Shown in pieces: positions 33,454 through 44,708 of a stretch of DNA of 64,000 nucleotides. Origin of the DNA: Neophaeotheca triangularis (taxonomy: Eukaryota); contig BAAIJX010000011.1 in the NCBI GenBank assembly GCA_054600435.1, positions 186,001 to 250,000 of the forward strand. Direction: 5' to 3'. Each line of letters starts with the position of its first letter. Positions within the stretch are counted from its first letter, which is position 1. The notes beneath the pieces were generated by a model, which did not search any database, was not told where the DNA came from, and worked only from the letters and a program-made list of their open reading frames with translations. A program made the position numbers and the translations under genes.

Positions 33454-34869
33454 ATGTCTGCAACTTTAGCGCGGCCATCTGCGCTCCTAGGGAAGTCTCT
33501 CAAGGCAAGAATACGACCACAAGCAAACTCTCCCTGTTGCCCTGGATGCTTTCGACCAATTCCCTACCGATCGCTCCACGAGACCAGAAGACGAAGTCTC
33601 AAGCAAACCTCACAAGACCAGCAATCCAGCGTGGCTGCCGCTGTATCCGCGGCGAAACAAATTTTTAACAATGCGCCTCCTCCCCCTGGACCCATGGGAG
33701 TAGACCCCCTGCGAAGTGTCGCGAAAGAGATGAAATTCATGACGGGCAATATACGGCAGTTGCTGGGCTCAGGGCACCCGATGCTGGAGACTGTGTCCAA
33801 ATACTACACGCAATCAGAAGGGAAATATCTACGGCCGACACTAGTGTTGCTGATGTCGCAAGCGACGGCTACGCTGCCAAAAACGTCGAGGGGGGCATCG
33901 CAGAACGAAAACGAGATTAACAGTCCTATAAGTCCGGCATCAGTGCTTGCAGACGAGAACCCTACGAGCCCCTTGAGGACCGGCGCCATGGAAGGCGAAG
34001 AGAATGCGGATGCCTCGATATTACCATCGCAAAGGAGGCTCGCTGAGATTACCGAGTTGATTCACACGGCGTCCCTGCTGCATGACGATGTCATCGACAC
34101 TTCGGTCTCGCGGAGAGGCAACCCTTCAGCAAACATCGCTTACGGCAACAAGATGGCAGTGTTGGCGGGAGACTTTTTGCTTGGTCGAGCTTCAGTAGCG
34201 CTGGCGCGGTTGAGGGATCCGGAGGTTACTGAACTTCTTGCGACAGTCATTGCAAACTTGGTGGAGGGAGAGTTCATGCAATTGAAGAACACTGCGCTGG
34301 ACGAGCGAAATCCTACCTGGAGTGAGGATACCATCTCATACTATCTGCAGAAGACGTACCTCAAGTCGGCGAGCTTGATCAGCAAGAGCTGTCGCGCTGC
34401 CGCGCTGTTGGGAGAGCACTCGCCGGAGGTGGTTGAGTCCGCTTATCAGTACGGGAAGAACCTTGGGCTGGCATTTCAATTAGTGGACGATATGCTGGAT
34501 TACACCGTGAGTGGCTCCGAGCTGGGCAAGCCTGCCGGCGCGGACCTTGAGCTTGGTCTTGCTACAGCGCCGCTGTTGTTCGCATGGAGGAGCAATAAGG
34601 AGCTGGGAACGCTCGTAGGCAGGAAGTTCGCCGAGGAGGGCGATGTACAGAGAGTGAGTACCAGCGCAGATACTCTAGCGCGCAAGTGCCCAAGCTAACC
34701 TTGACAGGCTCGCGAGATCGTCGTTCAGAGCGACGGTATCGAGCAAACGCGTGCGTTGGCGCAAGAATACGTCGACAACGCTGCCCGGGCCATTTCTGGG
34801 TTCCCCGAGAGTGAGGCGAAGGTGTCGCTGATCCAACAATGCTCGAAAGTCATGAGCAGGAGAAAGTAA
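33454..34869 (+). CDS. COQ1: Mitochondrial polyprenyl (hexaprenyl/decaprenyl) diphosphate synthase (intron 34654-34707)
   Basis: ELIHTASLLHDDVID and AFQLVDDMLD DDxxD motifs, GKPAGADLELGL. Last exon AREIVVQSDGIEQTRALA...SRRK*. Confidence 0.95.
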
Positions 34870-35508
34870 GCTCAAAGGCGGCAATCGATCTCGAGCGGCG
34901 CGGGGCGAATCGCAGCCCGTCATTTTTGAAGCGTTCGGCAGCGGTTTCGTAGATTTGTAGGAGGTGCATGGCGCATCTTGGGGAAGATGTTTTGCTTCAT
35001 AGTGTGTCCAATGTGTATCAATACTAGACTTTGTACACGGATACTTTCTCTTCGCCGTCGTTGCCATTATGTCAGCAACAGGAAGTCTCTGTCTCCACGA
35101 TAGGCTTGACCCGCTTCAATCTATTCAAAAGTTAGCGACCTGAAGGAATTGCTGATCCGTAGTCAAAGAGTGGAACGTCGCAGGAGATAACCTTGGCTCG
35201 ACTGTTCCTAATGTACCACTTTTTGGCGACCAGAAAGCCACGCACTAGCGTACGACTTCCAATGACCAATCGAAAGCCAACAGCCGTCTAGCTTCACTGG
35301 CACTGCAGCACGAGGTTAGGTACTTTTGCAACCTCACTCGTTGCCGACTCTTATCGAAACGCACTGCACTACGCGCGCGTCAAGGGAAGAAACACTTGGT
35401 ATGTAAGTATGCACCAGTTCTTGAGGATTCAATATATCACAATGCCTCTACAGACGGGACTAACGAGCAAAGCTCCATTTCAACCTTTCAAATCGACAAG
35501 CCACCAAC

Positions 35509-38500
35509 ATGGACCTCCGCACCTTCGTGTCCGACAACTTGATCAAGTTGGTGGGAGGCAGCGAGGACATGATGGTGGACTTCGTGACCTCGACAGCGAA
35601 AAAGGCCGGTTCGTCGACAGAACTCCAAGCCAAACTAGAACCTATGTTGGACGCCAGCGACGATGCGGGCTTGCGCAAATTCAGCGACGACCTTTTTGCG
35701 CGGTTGCAGGGGAGTTCGGGTAGTGCGAAAGCGAATGGGGATGCTGGGGTGAAGCTCGCGCAGCGGGAGAAGAAGCAGCCGAAGAAGAAGTATACGATGC
35801 TGGATCTGGATGTGGAGGAAGAGGAGCCTGCGCCGAAGGCTGAGGCAGAGGACAGGGAGAGGAAGTCGAAGCACAAATCTGATCGCGGGAGGAAGACGAA
35901 GAAGGTGCGGAGACGTATCTCGCAGGATTTTGATGATCGGTGGGGCGACGATGATGAGGAGAGTGAGGAGGACTTCCAATCACCTCCTGCGAAGCGCAGA
36001 AAGAGCGAAACTCCGGTAGAGGATGAGGAGGAGGACGAGCGAGACCGTAAAGAGCGTGTGGAATTTGAAAAGCGGTTGAGGAGCAAGGACAGCGACAACA
36101 CGAAGAAGCTCACCGAGGACCGTTCTTCGCGCCGTGAGCAGGAAGATGCGGAAAGACGTAGGCAGGCTGGAAAAATGACGGACGAGGAGATGAAGGCTTT
36201 GCGGTTGAGGTCCAGGCAGGACTACTTAAAGAAACGGTCGGCGCAGGAGCTTGTGCTTCTGCGCAAGCAGGTTGCTGAGGAGGAGGACGAGGAGCGCAAC
36301 AACCCGACGTTGACTCCTGAAGAGAAAGCGGAGTTTGCAAGACACAAAGAGGCGCTCCGTCTTGCAGAGGAGCGCGAGAACATTGACGACTATGTTGATG
36401 GGTACGCCATGCCGGCTGATTACATCACTGAGAAAGGCAAGATGGATACGAAGCGGAAAGAAGAGGCGCTCTATAGCCGCTACGTCGACCGAGACGAAGC
36501 CGGACGAGAGCGTTATGTTACCGAGCACGAAGAGTGGGAGCGGGAGCAGCTTGCTAAGACAGCAGCTCAGATCATTCCCGCGAATCGCATTGAGGAAAAG
36601 CAATACGAATACGTCTTTGATGAGGAGCAGCAGATTAAGTGGGTTACCGATGCAACCATGAAAGGTGGCTTGGGTAAGATGGAAACTCAGGAGGAACGGC
36701 TAGCTGCTCAGCAACTACTAGCTGCTGAGCGGAAGGCAAAAACCATCGAGGAGAAGCGGAAGACTTTGCCTGTCTATGAGTACCGCCAGATCTTCTTGGA
36801 TGCAGTGAAGGAGCATCAGGTCATGGTCATTGTTGGAGAAACTGGTTCAGGAAAGACCACCCAGTTACCTCAGTATTTGTACGAAGCTGGCTGGTGCGAA
36901 GATGGTAAGAAGGTTGGTTGTACCCAGCCTCGGCGTGTAGCGGCAATGAGTGTCGCAGCTCGCGTTGCGGAAGAAGTTGGGGTCAAGGTCGGCAACGAGG
37001 TCGGATACTCGATTCGATTTGAAGATGCCACGACCGACAAGACTGCACTCAAGTACATGACAGATGGTATGCTGCTTCGAGAGTTTTTGACCGAGCCGGA
37101 CTTGAGCGGATACAGCTGCTTGATGATCGACGAGGCCCACGAGCGTACCCTGCACACTGATATTCTGTTCGGCCTGCTCAAGGACATCGCTCGAGGCCGA
37201 CCTGATCTAAGACTCTTAATTTCTTCAGCCACTTTAGACGCCCAGAAGTTTGCAGACTTCTTCGACGACGCTCCGATCTTGAACATTCCGGGAAGAACGT
37301 ACGACGTGGAGATGAACTACTCGCTTCAGCCGGAGGCCAACTACTTGTCAGCTGCGATAACGACAGTCTTCCAGATCCACCTTTCTCAACCGATGCCGGG
37401 CGACATATTGGTTTTCCTAACTGGCCAAGATGAGATTGAGCAGGCGGAGGCGAGTTTGCAAGAGACGGCGCGAAAGCTGGGTGGTGCTGCGCCAGAGCTG
37501 ATGATATGTCCCATTTATGCCAGTCTACCGACAGATATGCAGCAGAAAATTTTCGATCCTACGCCACCGAAGGTACGCAAAGTCGTGCTGGCTACCAACA
37601 TCGCTGAAACGTCTTTGACCATCGACAACATCGTGTATGTCATCGATCCAGGCTACGTCAAAGAGAACCGTTACACACCCGCGACAAACATGGAGAGCTT
37701 AGTTGCGGTGCCTATCTCTCGCGCCTCGGCAAACCAGAGGGCCGGTCGCGCAGGGCGTACAGGACCGGGCAAGGCGTTCAGATTGTACACCAAATGGGCA
37801 TACTACAACGACCTCCCTGAATCGACGACACCCGAGATTCAACGCACGAACCTCTGCAGCGTCATGTTATTGTTGAAGTCTCTTGGAATTAACGACCTTG
37901 TCAACTTCGACTTCCTAGACCCGCCCTCGCCTGACATGATTATTCGCTCTCTCGAACAGCTTTACGCTCTGGGCGCGCTCAACGACAAAGGCGAGCTCAC
38001 AAAGATCGGACGCCAAATGGCCGAATTTCCCACGGACCCTATGCTTGCCAAGTCTGTCCTGGCCGCAGACAAACTCGGCTGCGTAGACGAAGTTCTCAGC
38101 ATCATTGCAATGTTGGGCGAAGCTAGTGCCCTCTTCTATCGTCCCAAGGACAAGAAGCTGCAAGCCGATGCAGCGCGTAATCGTTTCACCAACAAAGAAG
38201 GCGGCGATCACCTCACCTATCTCAACATCTGGAACCAGTGGGTGGACTCGGATTTCTCTTACGTCTGGGCCAAGGAAAACTTCATGCAGCAACGCTCCCT
38301 CACGCGCGCGCGCGACGTTCGCGACCAGTTGGCCAAACTTTGCGACCGAGTCGAAGTCACTGTCAGCAGCTGCGGCTCCACCAACATTGAGCCAATCCAA
38401 AAGGCCATCACGTCGGGTTTCTTTCCAAACGCCGCCCGCTTGAACAAGGACGGCTCAAGCTACAGAACGGTGAAGAACAACTTGACAGTACACCTGCATC

Positions 38501-38694
38501 CAAGCGGTGTGTTGCTGGAGGCTCGTCCAAAGTGGGTCATCTATTACGAGCTGGTGCTCACGAGCAAGGAATTCATGCGCAGTGTTATGCCGCTGAAGCC
38601 CGAGTGGCTGACGGAGAGCGCGCCGCATTATTACAAGGGTGATGAGATTGAGAAGCTCGGGGTGGATAAAAAGATGCACAGAGCGAAGTTTTAA
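35509..38694 (+). CDS. PRP2: Pre-mRNA splicing DEAH-box helicase Prp2/Cdc28/DHX16
   Basis: GETGSGKTTQ, TQPRRVAA, DEAHER, SAT and QRAGRAGR, plus a DHX16-type N-terminus (SRQDYLKKR, HEEWE). Confidence 0.9.
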   Translation: MDLRTFVSDNLIKLVGGSEDMMVDFVTSTAKKAGSSTELQAKLEPMLDASDDAGLRKFSDDLFARLQGSSGSAKANGDAGVKLAQREKKQPKKKYTMLDLDVEEEEPAPKAEAEDRERKSKHKSDRGRKTKKVRRRISQDFDDRWGDDDEESEEDFQSPPAKRRKSETPVEDEEEDERDRKERVEFEKRLRSKDSDNTKKLTEDRSSRREQEDAERRRQAGKMTDEEMKALRLRSRQDYLKKRSAQELVLLRKQVAEEEDEERNNPTLTPEEKAEFARHKEALRLAEERENIDDYVDGYAMPADYITEKGKMDTKRKEEALYSRYVDRDEAGRERYVTEHEEWEREQLAKTAAQIIPANRIEEKQYEYVFDEEQQIKWVTDATMKGGLGKMETQEERLAAQQLLAAERKAKTIEEKRKTLPVYEYRQIFLDAVKEHQVMVIVGETGSGKTTQLPQYLYEAGWCEDGKKVGCTQPRRVAAMSVAARVAEEVGVKVGNEVGYSIRFEDATTDKTALKYMTDGMLLREFLTEPDLSGYSCLMIDEAHERTLHTDILFGLLKDIARGRPDLRLLISSATLDAQKFADFFDDAPILNIPGRTYDVEMNYSLQPEANYLSAAITTVFQIHLSQPMPGDILVFLTGQDEIEQAEASLQETARKLGGAAPELMICPIYASLPTDMQQKIFDPTPPKVRKVVLATNIAETSLTIDNIVYVIDPGYVKENRYTPATNMESLVAVPISRASANQRAGRAGRTGPGKAFRLYTKWAYYNDLPESTTPEIQRTNLCSVMLLLKSLGINDLVNFDFLDPPSPDMIIRSLEQLYALGALNDKGELTKIGRQMAEFPTDPMLAKSVLAADKLGCVDEVLSIIAMLGEASALFYRPKDKKLQADAARNRFTNKEGGDHLTYLNIWNQWVDSDFSYVWAKENFMQQRSLTRARDVRDQLAKLCDRVEVTVSSCGSTNIEPIQKAITSGFFPNAARLNKDGSSYRTVKNNLTVHLHPSGVLLEARPKWVIYYELVLTSKEFMRSVMPLKPEWLTESAPHYYKGDEIEKLGVDKKMHRAKF

Positions 38695-39174
38695 TGGCCG
38701 AACGATTGCAATTGACGATGTACAATGCAGGATTGTCCGAATCGAATGGCTGTTGCTCATGGTATAATACTATTATCATCGAACACCTGTTCATTCCACG
38801 TCGATTCACCCATTATTGCTGTGGTCCACCTGTTCTCTGTTCCAGGGACCAGGAGTCCAGGACACGTGAATCTCCACGGGTTCGCAGCCCTGACAAATTT
38901 AGCCAGGTACACAGGAATAGAGTTGCCCCACGCAGATCGCCCGTTCCTGTGGGTCGGGTCTACAATTATTGGTACCAGGTTAGGTACTATAGTCTATCAG
39001 TCTATCGGATTTCGAAACATTCGAGACCCTAAACCTTGAAACATTCACCTTTTGCGTTCTGCCTTCCTCCGAAGAATCTTCTTCATTCTTCATACAATTA
39101 ATCGTTTCGTTTGTCCATTTACCCAAATACCCATATTTTCCTTTGCGCGACGAGCCCGTAATATATTCCCAGCA

Positions 39175-39886
39175 ATGCCTTCCCACTTCTACCTGACAAC
39201 CTTCCTCAACCTTCTCGTCGCAACAACTCCCTTCGCCCAAGCGCAATCCGCCTCGGGCACGATCGTCTACCCGACCTCCGCCGCGCCCTCCGCGACCACA
39301 ATACCAAGCGGATCCGGCTTCGAATATGTCGGCTGCTACAACGAGACTGTCGGATTCGAAGAGGCAGGCGGCGTTCGAGCGGTGCAAGAGGGCAACTTTG
39401 TAAGCAACAAGAGCGCTCACACCTACACAATTTCTAGCTTAGAGACGCAAGGAAAATAAGTGGCTAACCACGCACATAGTCCGCCATGAACGACCTCACT
39501 ATCGAGGCATGCCTTGAACACTGCTCTGAAGCCGGCTCCTACCAATACGTCGGCATCGAATACGGTATGACCTTCCATACACCCATCCGCATCATACGGC
39601 ACTCCCCCAGACCCCGCTCCTAACGCTAAAGCCACTTGTAGGTCGCGAATGCTACTGCGGCGCCTACCTCTCCACCCTGTCGGAAGAAATCGATGATTCC
39701 AACTGCAACTTCGCTTGCAATGGCAACCGATCGCAAGTCTGTGGCGGCCAGTTGGCGATTACTCTCTATAATTCTACGAGGAGTGTGCAGCAGGGGACTG
39801 CGTGGAGTTTGATGGGCCATTCCGGCAGTGCGGCTTGGTATGGCACTGCCGCGGTGCTTACGCTTATTGTGGCTGCGGCGTTGTGA
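39175..39886 (+). CDS. Small secreted WSC-domain protein with hydrophobic C-terminus (3 exons; introns 39400-39479, 39565-39641)
   Basis: Spliced: signal peptide, YVGCYNE..LTIEACLEHC..YVGIEYGRECYCG..CNFACNGNRSQVCGG..LYN, ending AAVLTLIVAAAL*. Confidence 0.88.
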
Positions 39887-40464
39887 AGGGGAGAGGCAAC
39901 GAGTCAATTGCGCGGGAGGGGAGGGGCCTGTAAGATGTGATATTGCTATGGGTTTGCAGCGAAGGAGTGTGGCGTTTGTCTTGGTAAAGATTTCCGGGAT
40001 CGCTACTACAGGGGTTGGCGTTATGGACTTGCTGGGTAATAAGAGTGGGCATGGGCATTAATGGCAAAGATGCGATTCCTCGCGATAGAGCTGTTTGAGG
40101 ATACACTGCACTCGTTAGGCCAACAGGGAGATAGACACGATGATCACATACCGCACCTGCAAGCGATCCAACCAGCTTCTCGGCCCGACTCTCCACAAGG
40201 GATCGACTAGACCATGTTACTGAGATCTACATCAAGTCGGACTCAGCCATTGGTGAGATCAGTCAAGACAGTAAAGCACAATCTCTCAGAGGCGGCCGAG
40301 AGCGAACCAAATCCCTCGAACTGGGATGGAGCAGACGAGCAATTTCAGTCCCCCGGCGGCGCTTTGACGAGACTCATTTGGACCGGCAGTCCTTCTCTCT
40401 ACTCCTTCTTGCGATCTCGCCTAGGAATCTCTAAAGAGCTCGCCGGGATACCAACTTCCGTCCT

Positions 40465-40790
40465 TTGACTAGCAGAGACGCTTTTTCGACCAATGAGCAA
40501 GTAATATACCTCTGACGCTAGCTCATGGACGTTTCTTCCGCCCCCCACCCCCCTCTCCGCCCCGATCGCCCGGCTCTCCCTCGTCTTCCTGCGACGACAC
40601 TAGTAAGCCCTTCCTTCACTGGCGCGAGAGTCGCTTGTTCCGTTCACTAGTGGCAGCGCCTTTCCAACCCATGAACAAGCACAACACCTTTGACGCTAGC
40701 TCTTGGACGCATCTCCGCCACTCCACCCCACCCCCACTGCTCTCTTGCTCCGCTCTCTCACTTCAAAAACGTCCACTCACTAGCCTAAAA
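40465..40790. repeat. Diverged tandem duplication, period ~178 bp
   Basis: TGACGCTAGCTC(A/T)TGGACG at 40513 and 40691, with similar flanks on both sides. Confidence 0.7.
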
Positions 40791-42219
40791 GTCATTCATA
40801 TAGGTCTTCCATTGGCGTCGTCAAATCTGCCGCCAGGCAATGGACGAATATCCAGATCTTGGCGCTCACTTTGCGGTTGAACACCTCGCGTGGTAGGCTT
40901 CGAGCTCGGTGGCGTCTTTCGCGCCTCGTTCGCAGAGTATTCCCGCTTAGAAAGCAAGGCCCGCCTCGCCAGGGTTTTGGATTCTACCTGTACGCTGTCG
41001 CCACGAGTGCCGACCTCCCATGCCTCAGCCGTGGCCCCCCGCTTGAGCGCCAGGGCTTGGGGATGAGTGTTTGTGTCCTGGCGTCCATGGTCTGGAAAAT
41101 TACCAAGCTGTCACCGACAATGGAGTGTGGAGGCAAGACCAGGCTTGAGTAAGATTTCACCAGAGAGGCGTTGGCAGCCACGACGGTGTGCGTGACTGGC
41201 TCTTTCGCGTCGCTTGCGTGAAGCATCAAGGGCCAACGAGTAAAGAAAGAGGAGCCTTTCCTAGATAGTTCTATACCTCCGTCCAACATTGGGCCGGTCT
41301 CGCATCTATAGCGATCTTACAAGCACCAAATAGACTGATACCGCATCGTTTGGCGGGAGAAAGTGGGACAGCTTCTCCCACATAGGCGGGGGGGATCTTG
41401 CAATATCCTCCTCCTTGTGTCTGGCCGGCATGCGAAAAACAGCCGTTGATCAGCGTGAGTCCGGTCTGACGAGGGAGCGTCATCGGTATGTTTGGTGAGC
41501 TGTCGTTGTCTTTTTAAAAGACTTTCAATGCTGGCGATAGTGAATCCAACTTGGTCCTGAGCCGGGCAGCATCGTCTACTAGTACGTTTACTATAATATA
41601 TGGCAGAATCCATCCATTTGTTAGCGCTGCTCGATAACCAGCGAATGGGAATGCATTTTGGGGGGGGGATGTAAGGATACCAGCCAGATCTTGGCAAGTG
41701 GACAAGACCAATCTGAACTTCCCTCCTACAGTACTCCTACAAACACGAGCATGATGCGTAGTATTCGCAATTTCAGTCTCCAACTTTCTGCCCAGTAGAA
41801 GACGAGAGTCGTCGGCCACGTGCGACGCCGACAGTCCCGTTGTTACAATCACACGGGAACCTTGTCCCTGTAATGCCCAGACTTTGCCGAGAGATACGGA
41901 GATAGCACGTGGGTGGGGAGTTTGGGGTGGTAGGCACGTAGGTAGGATGATAACGACGTCGCCTCGGCGGCCCGCCCGCTTGCGATGGATGGATGGATGG
42001 ATGGATGGTCGTGGATGACCTGCCAGAAACAGGAAATACCGCTACATCTCCTCTCATGCACCAAGATGGAGCCTCTTTCGGCATTCATGGCATTGTTGCT
42101 TTGATATCGTCACGGCTGGTGGTAATCATAAGTAGTCTCTTCTCTCCTCTACTTTCTCCTCTTTTCGTCTACGCCGCTAATTCTCTCTCTCTCTCCCTCT
42201 CTCTCTACATTATTTCAAC

Positions 42220-44064
42220 ATGTCCGTCAGGCAGGTATTGGCCGCCACGGTCATGGCCGTCGCCGCAGTATCGGCCGAGGATGTCTTGTACAGCCGACGC
42301 CACCTTGAGAAACGTTTCATCGACGAGGATGGGAACTACAATATATCCTTCTACCACATCAATGACGTGCACGCTCATCTCGACGAATTCACCTCTTCCG
42401 GCGCTGATTGCGAGGACCCGGAGGACGGCTGCTATGGCGGCTACGCGCGGGTCAAGCACGTCGTTGACGAGATGAGGCCAATGCACGAGGACAGCCTCTT
42501 CCTGAATGCCGGAGATGAATTCCAGGGGACTCTCTTCTACAGCTATTACGGCGGGGAGAAGATCGCCGAGACCATCAACCAGCTCGGCTTCGATGCCTTG
42601 ACGCTCGGAAACCACGAGTTCGATGGAGGAGACGAGGAGCTCGCCGAGTTTGTGGCGAACCTGACTTTCCCAGTCCTCGCTTGCAACATCCAGACGGATA
42701 ATGAGATTCTCAACTCCACAATCGAGGCCTACCACATCTACGAAGAATACGACCTGGCCGTCATCGGAGCCATCACCCAGACGACTCCACAGCTCGCTAG
42801 CCCAGGAAACGGCACCATCTTCCTCGATGTAGTCGAATCAGTACAGCGAGCAATCGACGAAATCTACTCCACGACCAACATCACGCGCATTGCAGCTCTA
42901 ACCCACATCGGCTACGAGCAAGACCAGGCCTTGGCCGAAAACACCACCGGCCTCTACCTAATCATGGGCGGCCACTCACACACCCCGCTAGGCAACCGCT
43001 CCGACGACGAAGGCCCCTACCCGACCATCCGCCAAAACCTCGACGGCGAAGACGTCTTCATCGTAACCGCCTACCGCTGGGGCGAATACCTCGGCTACAT
43101 CGACGTGACGTACGACCCAGCGGGCAAAATCCTCTCCTACCACGGCGGGCCGCTCCTGCTCGACAACTCGACGTCCCAAGACGGCGACCTGCAAGCCCAA
43201 ATCGAATCCTGGCGCGGCCCCTTTGAAGCCTTCGCGGCCGAAGAACTGGGCACCTCGCTCGTCGAACTGGACCAAACCAACTGCCAGCGCCAAGAATGCC
43301 TCCTGGGCAACTTCATGACCGACGCCATGCTCGCCTACCGCCTCAACACGTCCAACACGGCCGACTTCGCCCTCATAAACGCCGGCGGCATCCGCGCAAC
43401 CATCGACGCCGGCCCCGTGACGCGCGGAGAAGTGCTAACCGCTTTCCCCTTCGGCAACGCCATTGTGGAAATCGCGCTAAGCGGCCGCACCATCCTCGCC
43501 GCCCTCGAGGGCATCGTGTCCGGCTCCTCCCCCCGCAACGGCGAAGAGGTAACCTCCTTTTTCCAAATCAGCCGCAACATCGTCGTCGCTTACGACCCGG
43601 ACGCGCCCGCGGGCTCACGGCTGGTCCGAGTCACCGTCGCCGGCGACGACATGGTCCCAGACCGCGTTTACAACATGGTCACGTTGGATTTCATCGCGGG
43701 CGGGGGCGACAACTTCTTCGCCGAGCTCGACGGCGCCGTCCCTCTCGATCTGCAGGACGAGGTCTTGGTCGCGTATGTGCAAGCGCAGAGTCCGATCGAT
43801 GTCGAGATTGAGGGGAGGATTGTCGAGACGGAGGCGAGTGGCTCGCCGGGCGGGGTGGTGGGGGGCAATGGCACTGTCGGGGGGAATGCGACTTCGACTG
43901 TTGGTGGGGATGGGAATGGGAATGGGACTGTGGGCCCGCTGCCTTCGGCTACGGCGGAGGTGGTGCCGAGTGAGGGTGCCGCGGCGGCGGTGGGCAGGGC
44001 GCGCTCGGTGGGCGCGGCGGCCGTGTTGGCGCTCGTGGCCTTGGGCGCCGCTCTCGTGCTGTGA
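42220..44064 (+). CDS. Secreted/GPI-anchored 5'-nucleotidase/apyrase (calcineurin-like metallophosphoesterase plus 5'-NT C domain)
   Basis: HINDVHAH, NAGDEFQGT, LGNHEFD, GGHSHT, INAGGIRA, PFGN and GGD motifs; signal peptide and GPI-like C-terminus. Confidence 0.93.
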   Translation: MSVRQVLAATVMAVAAVSAEDVLYSRRHLEKRFIDEDGNYNISFYHINDVHAHLDEFTSSGADCEDPEDGCYGGYARVKHVVDEMRPMHEDSLFLNAGDEFQGTLFYSYYGGEKIAETINQLGFDALTLGNHEFDGGDEELAEFVANLTFPVLACNIQTDNEILNSTIEAYHIYEEYDLAVIGAITQTTPQLASPGNGTIFLDVVESVQRAIDEIYSTTNITRIAALTHIGYEQDQALAENTTGLYLIMGGHSHTPLGNRSDDEGPYPTIRQNLDGEDVFIVTAYRWGEYLGYIDVTYDPAGKILSYHGGPLLLDNSTSQDGDLQAQIESWRGPFEAFAAEELGTSLVELDQTNCQRQECLLGNFMTDAMLAYRLNTSNTADFALINAGGIRATIDAGPVTRGEVLTAFPFGNAIVEIALSGRTILAALEGIVSGSSPRNGEEVTSFFQISRNIVVAYDPDAPAGSRLVRVTVAGDDMVPDRVYNMVTLDFIAGGGDNFFAELDGAVPLDLQDEVLVAYVQAQSPIDVEIEGRIVETEASGSPGGVVGGNGTVGGNATSTVGGDGNGNGTVGPLPSATAEVVPSEGAAAAVGRARSVGAAAVLALVALGAALVL

Positions 44065-44221
44065 GAAGGCCGTGGCGTGGGTGTTGATAGATGGATGGGC
44101 CAGAGCCGTGTGTAGGTGTCAAGTCCGCGGATACCCCGTGTAGATGGATAGATAGATACGAGACTCGACGCGCCTCCAAACTATGGCGCTTCAAGCACAC
44201 TTACTCAGCCCTTCACAATCC

Positions 44222-44263
44222 AAAAAAAAGAAAAAAAAAAGAAAAGAAAAAAGAAAAAAAAAA
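44222..44263. repeat. A-rich (poly-A) tract between convergent genes
   Basis: About 42 nt of A interrupted by a few G. Confidence 0.9.
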
Positions 44264-44708
44264 ACCTCGGATATGGCACATTTGCATCTCGTGGACAGGT
44301 AGCACATCAAAACCAGGCGCGTGGTAGACACTCAAAACGTCAACAACGAGGTACATAGATACATGGCCAGCAGGCTTTTTGTCGCTCAACATCCTCCCAT
44401 CGGTTCGTAAAGCAAACCCAGCCCAAAGCAAAAACGCAAGAGGTATATCCCATCACTCAGTCCCACAAAATCTCAAGGACGAGGATACAAAAAAACGCCA
44501 TGTTAGCATTGAACCCTTTCCGTCTCTTCCCAACCACCATTCCCACCCAGCAACAAGTGTGTTGGAACCATCGACGGATGCTCAAAAGCAAGTCCGAACT
44601 TACGCCCTGCCCAAAACGCCAATTTCCCACCCATTTCTTCCGCGCGAAAATCCTCCTCTTCCTCCGTCCCCCATCTTCCACATCTCGATCCCACATAGTA
44701 CCTAGCTC

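Noticed and set aside
41985..42206. (GGAT)n and (CT)n microsatellites; also (GA)n at 48303 and (CATGC)n at 63593
   Set aside because: Ordinary short simple repeats.
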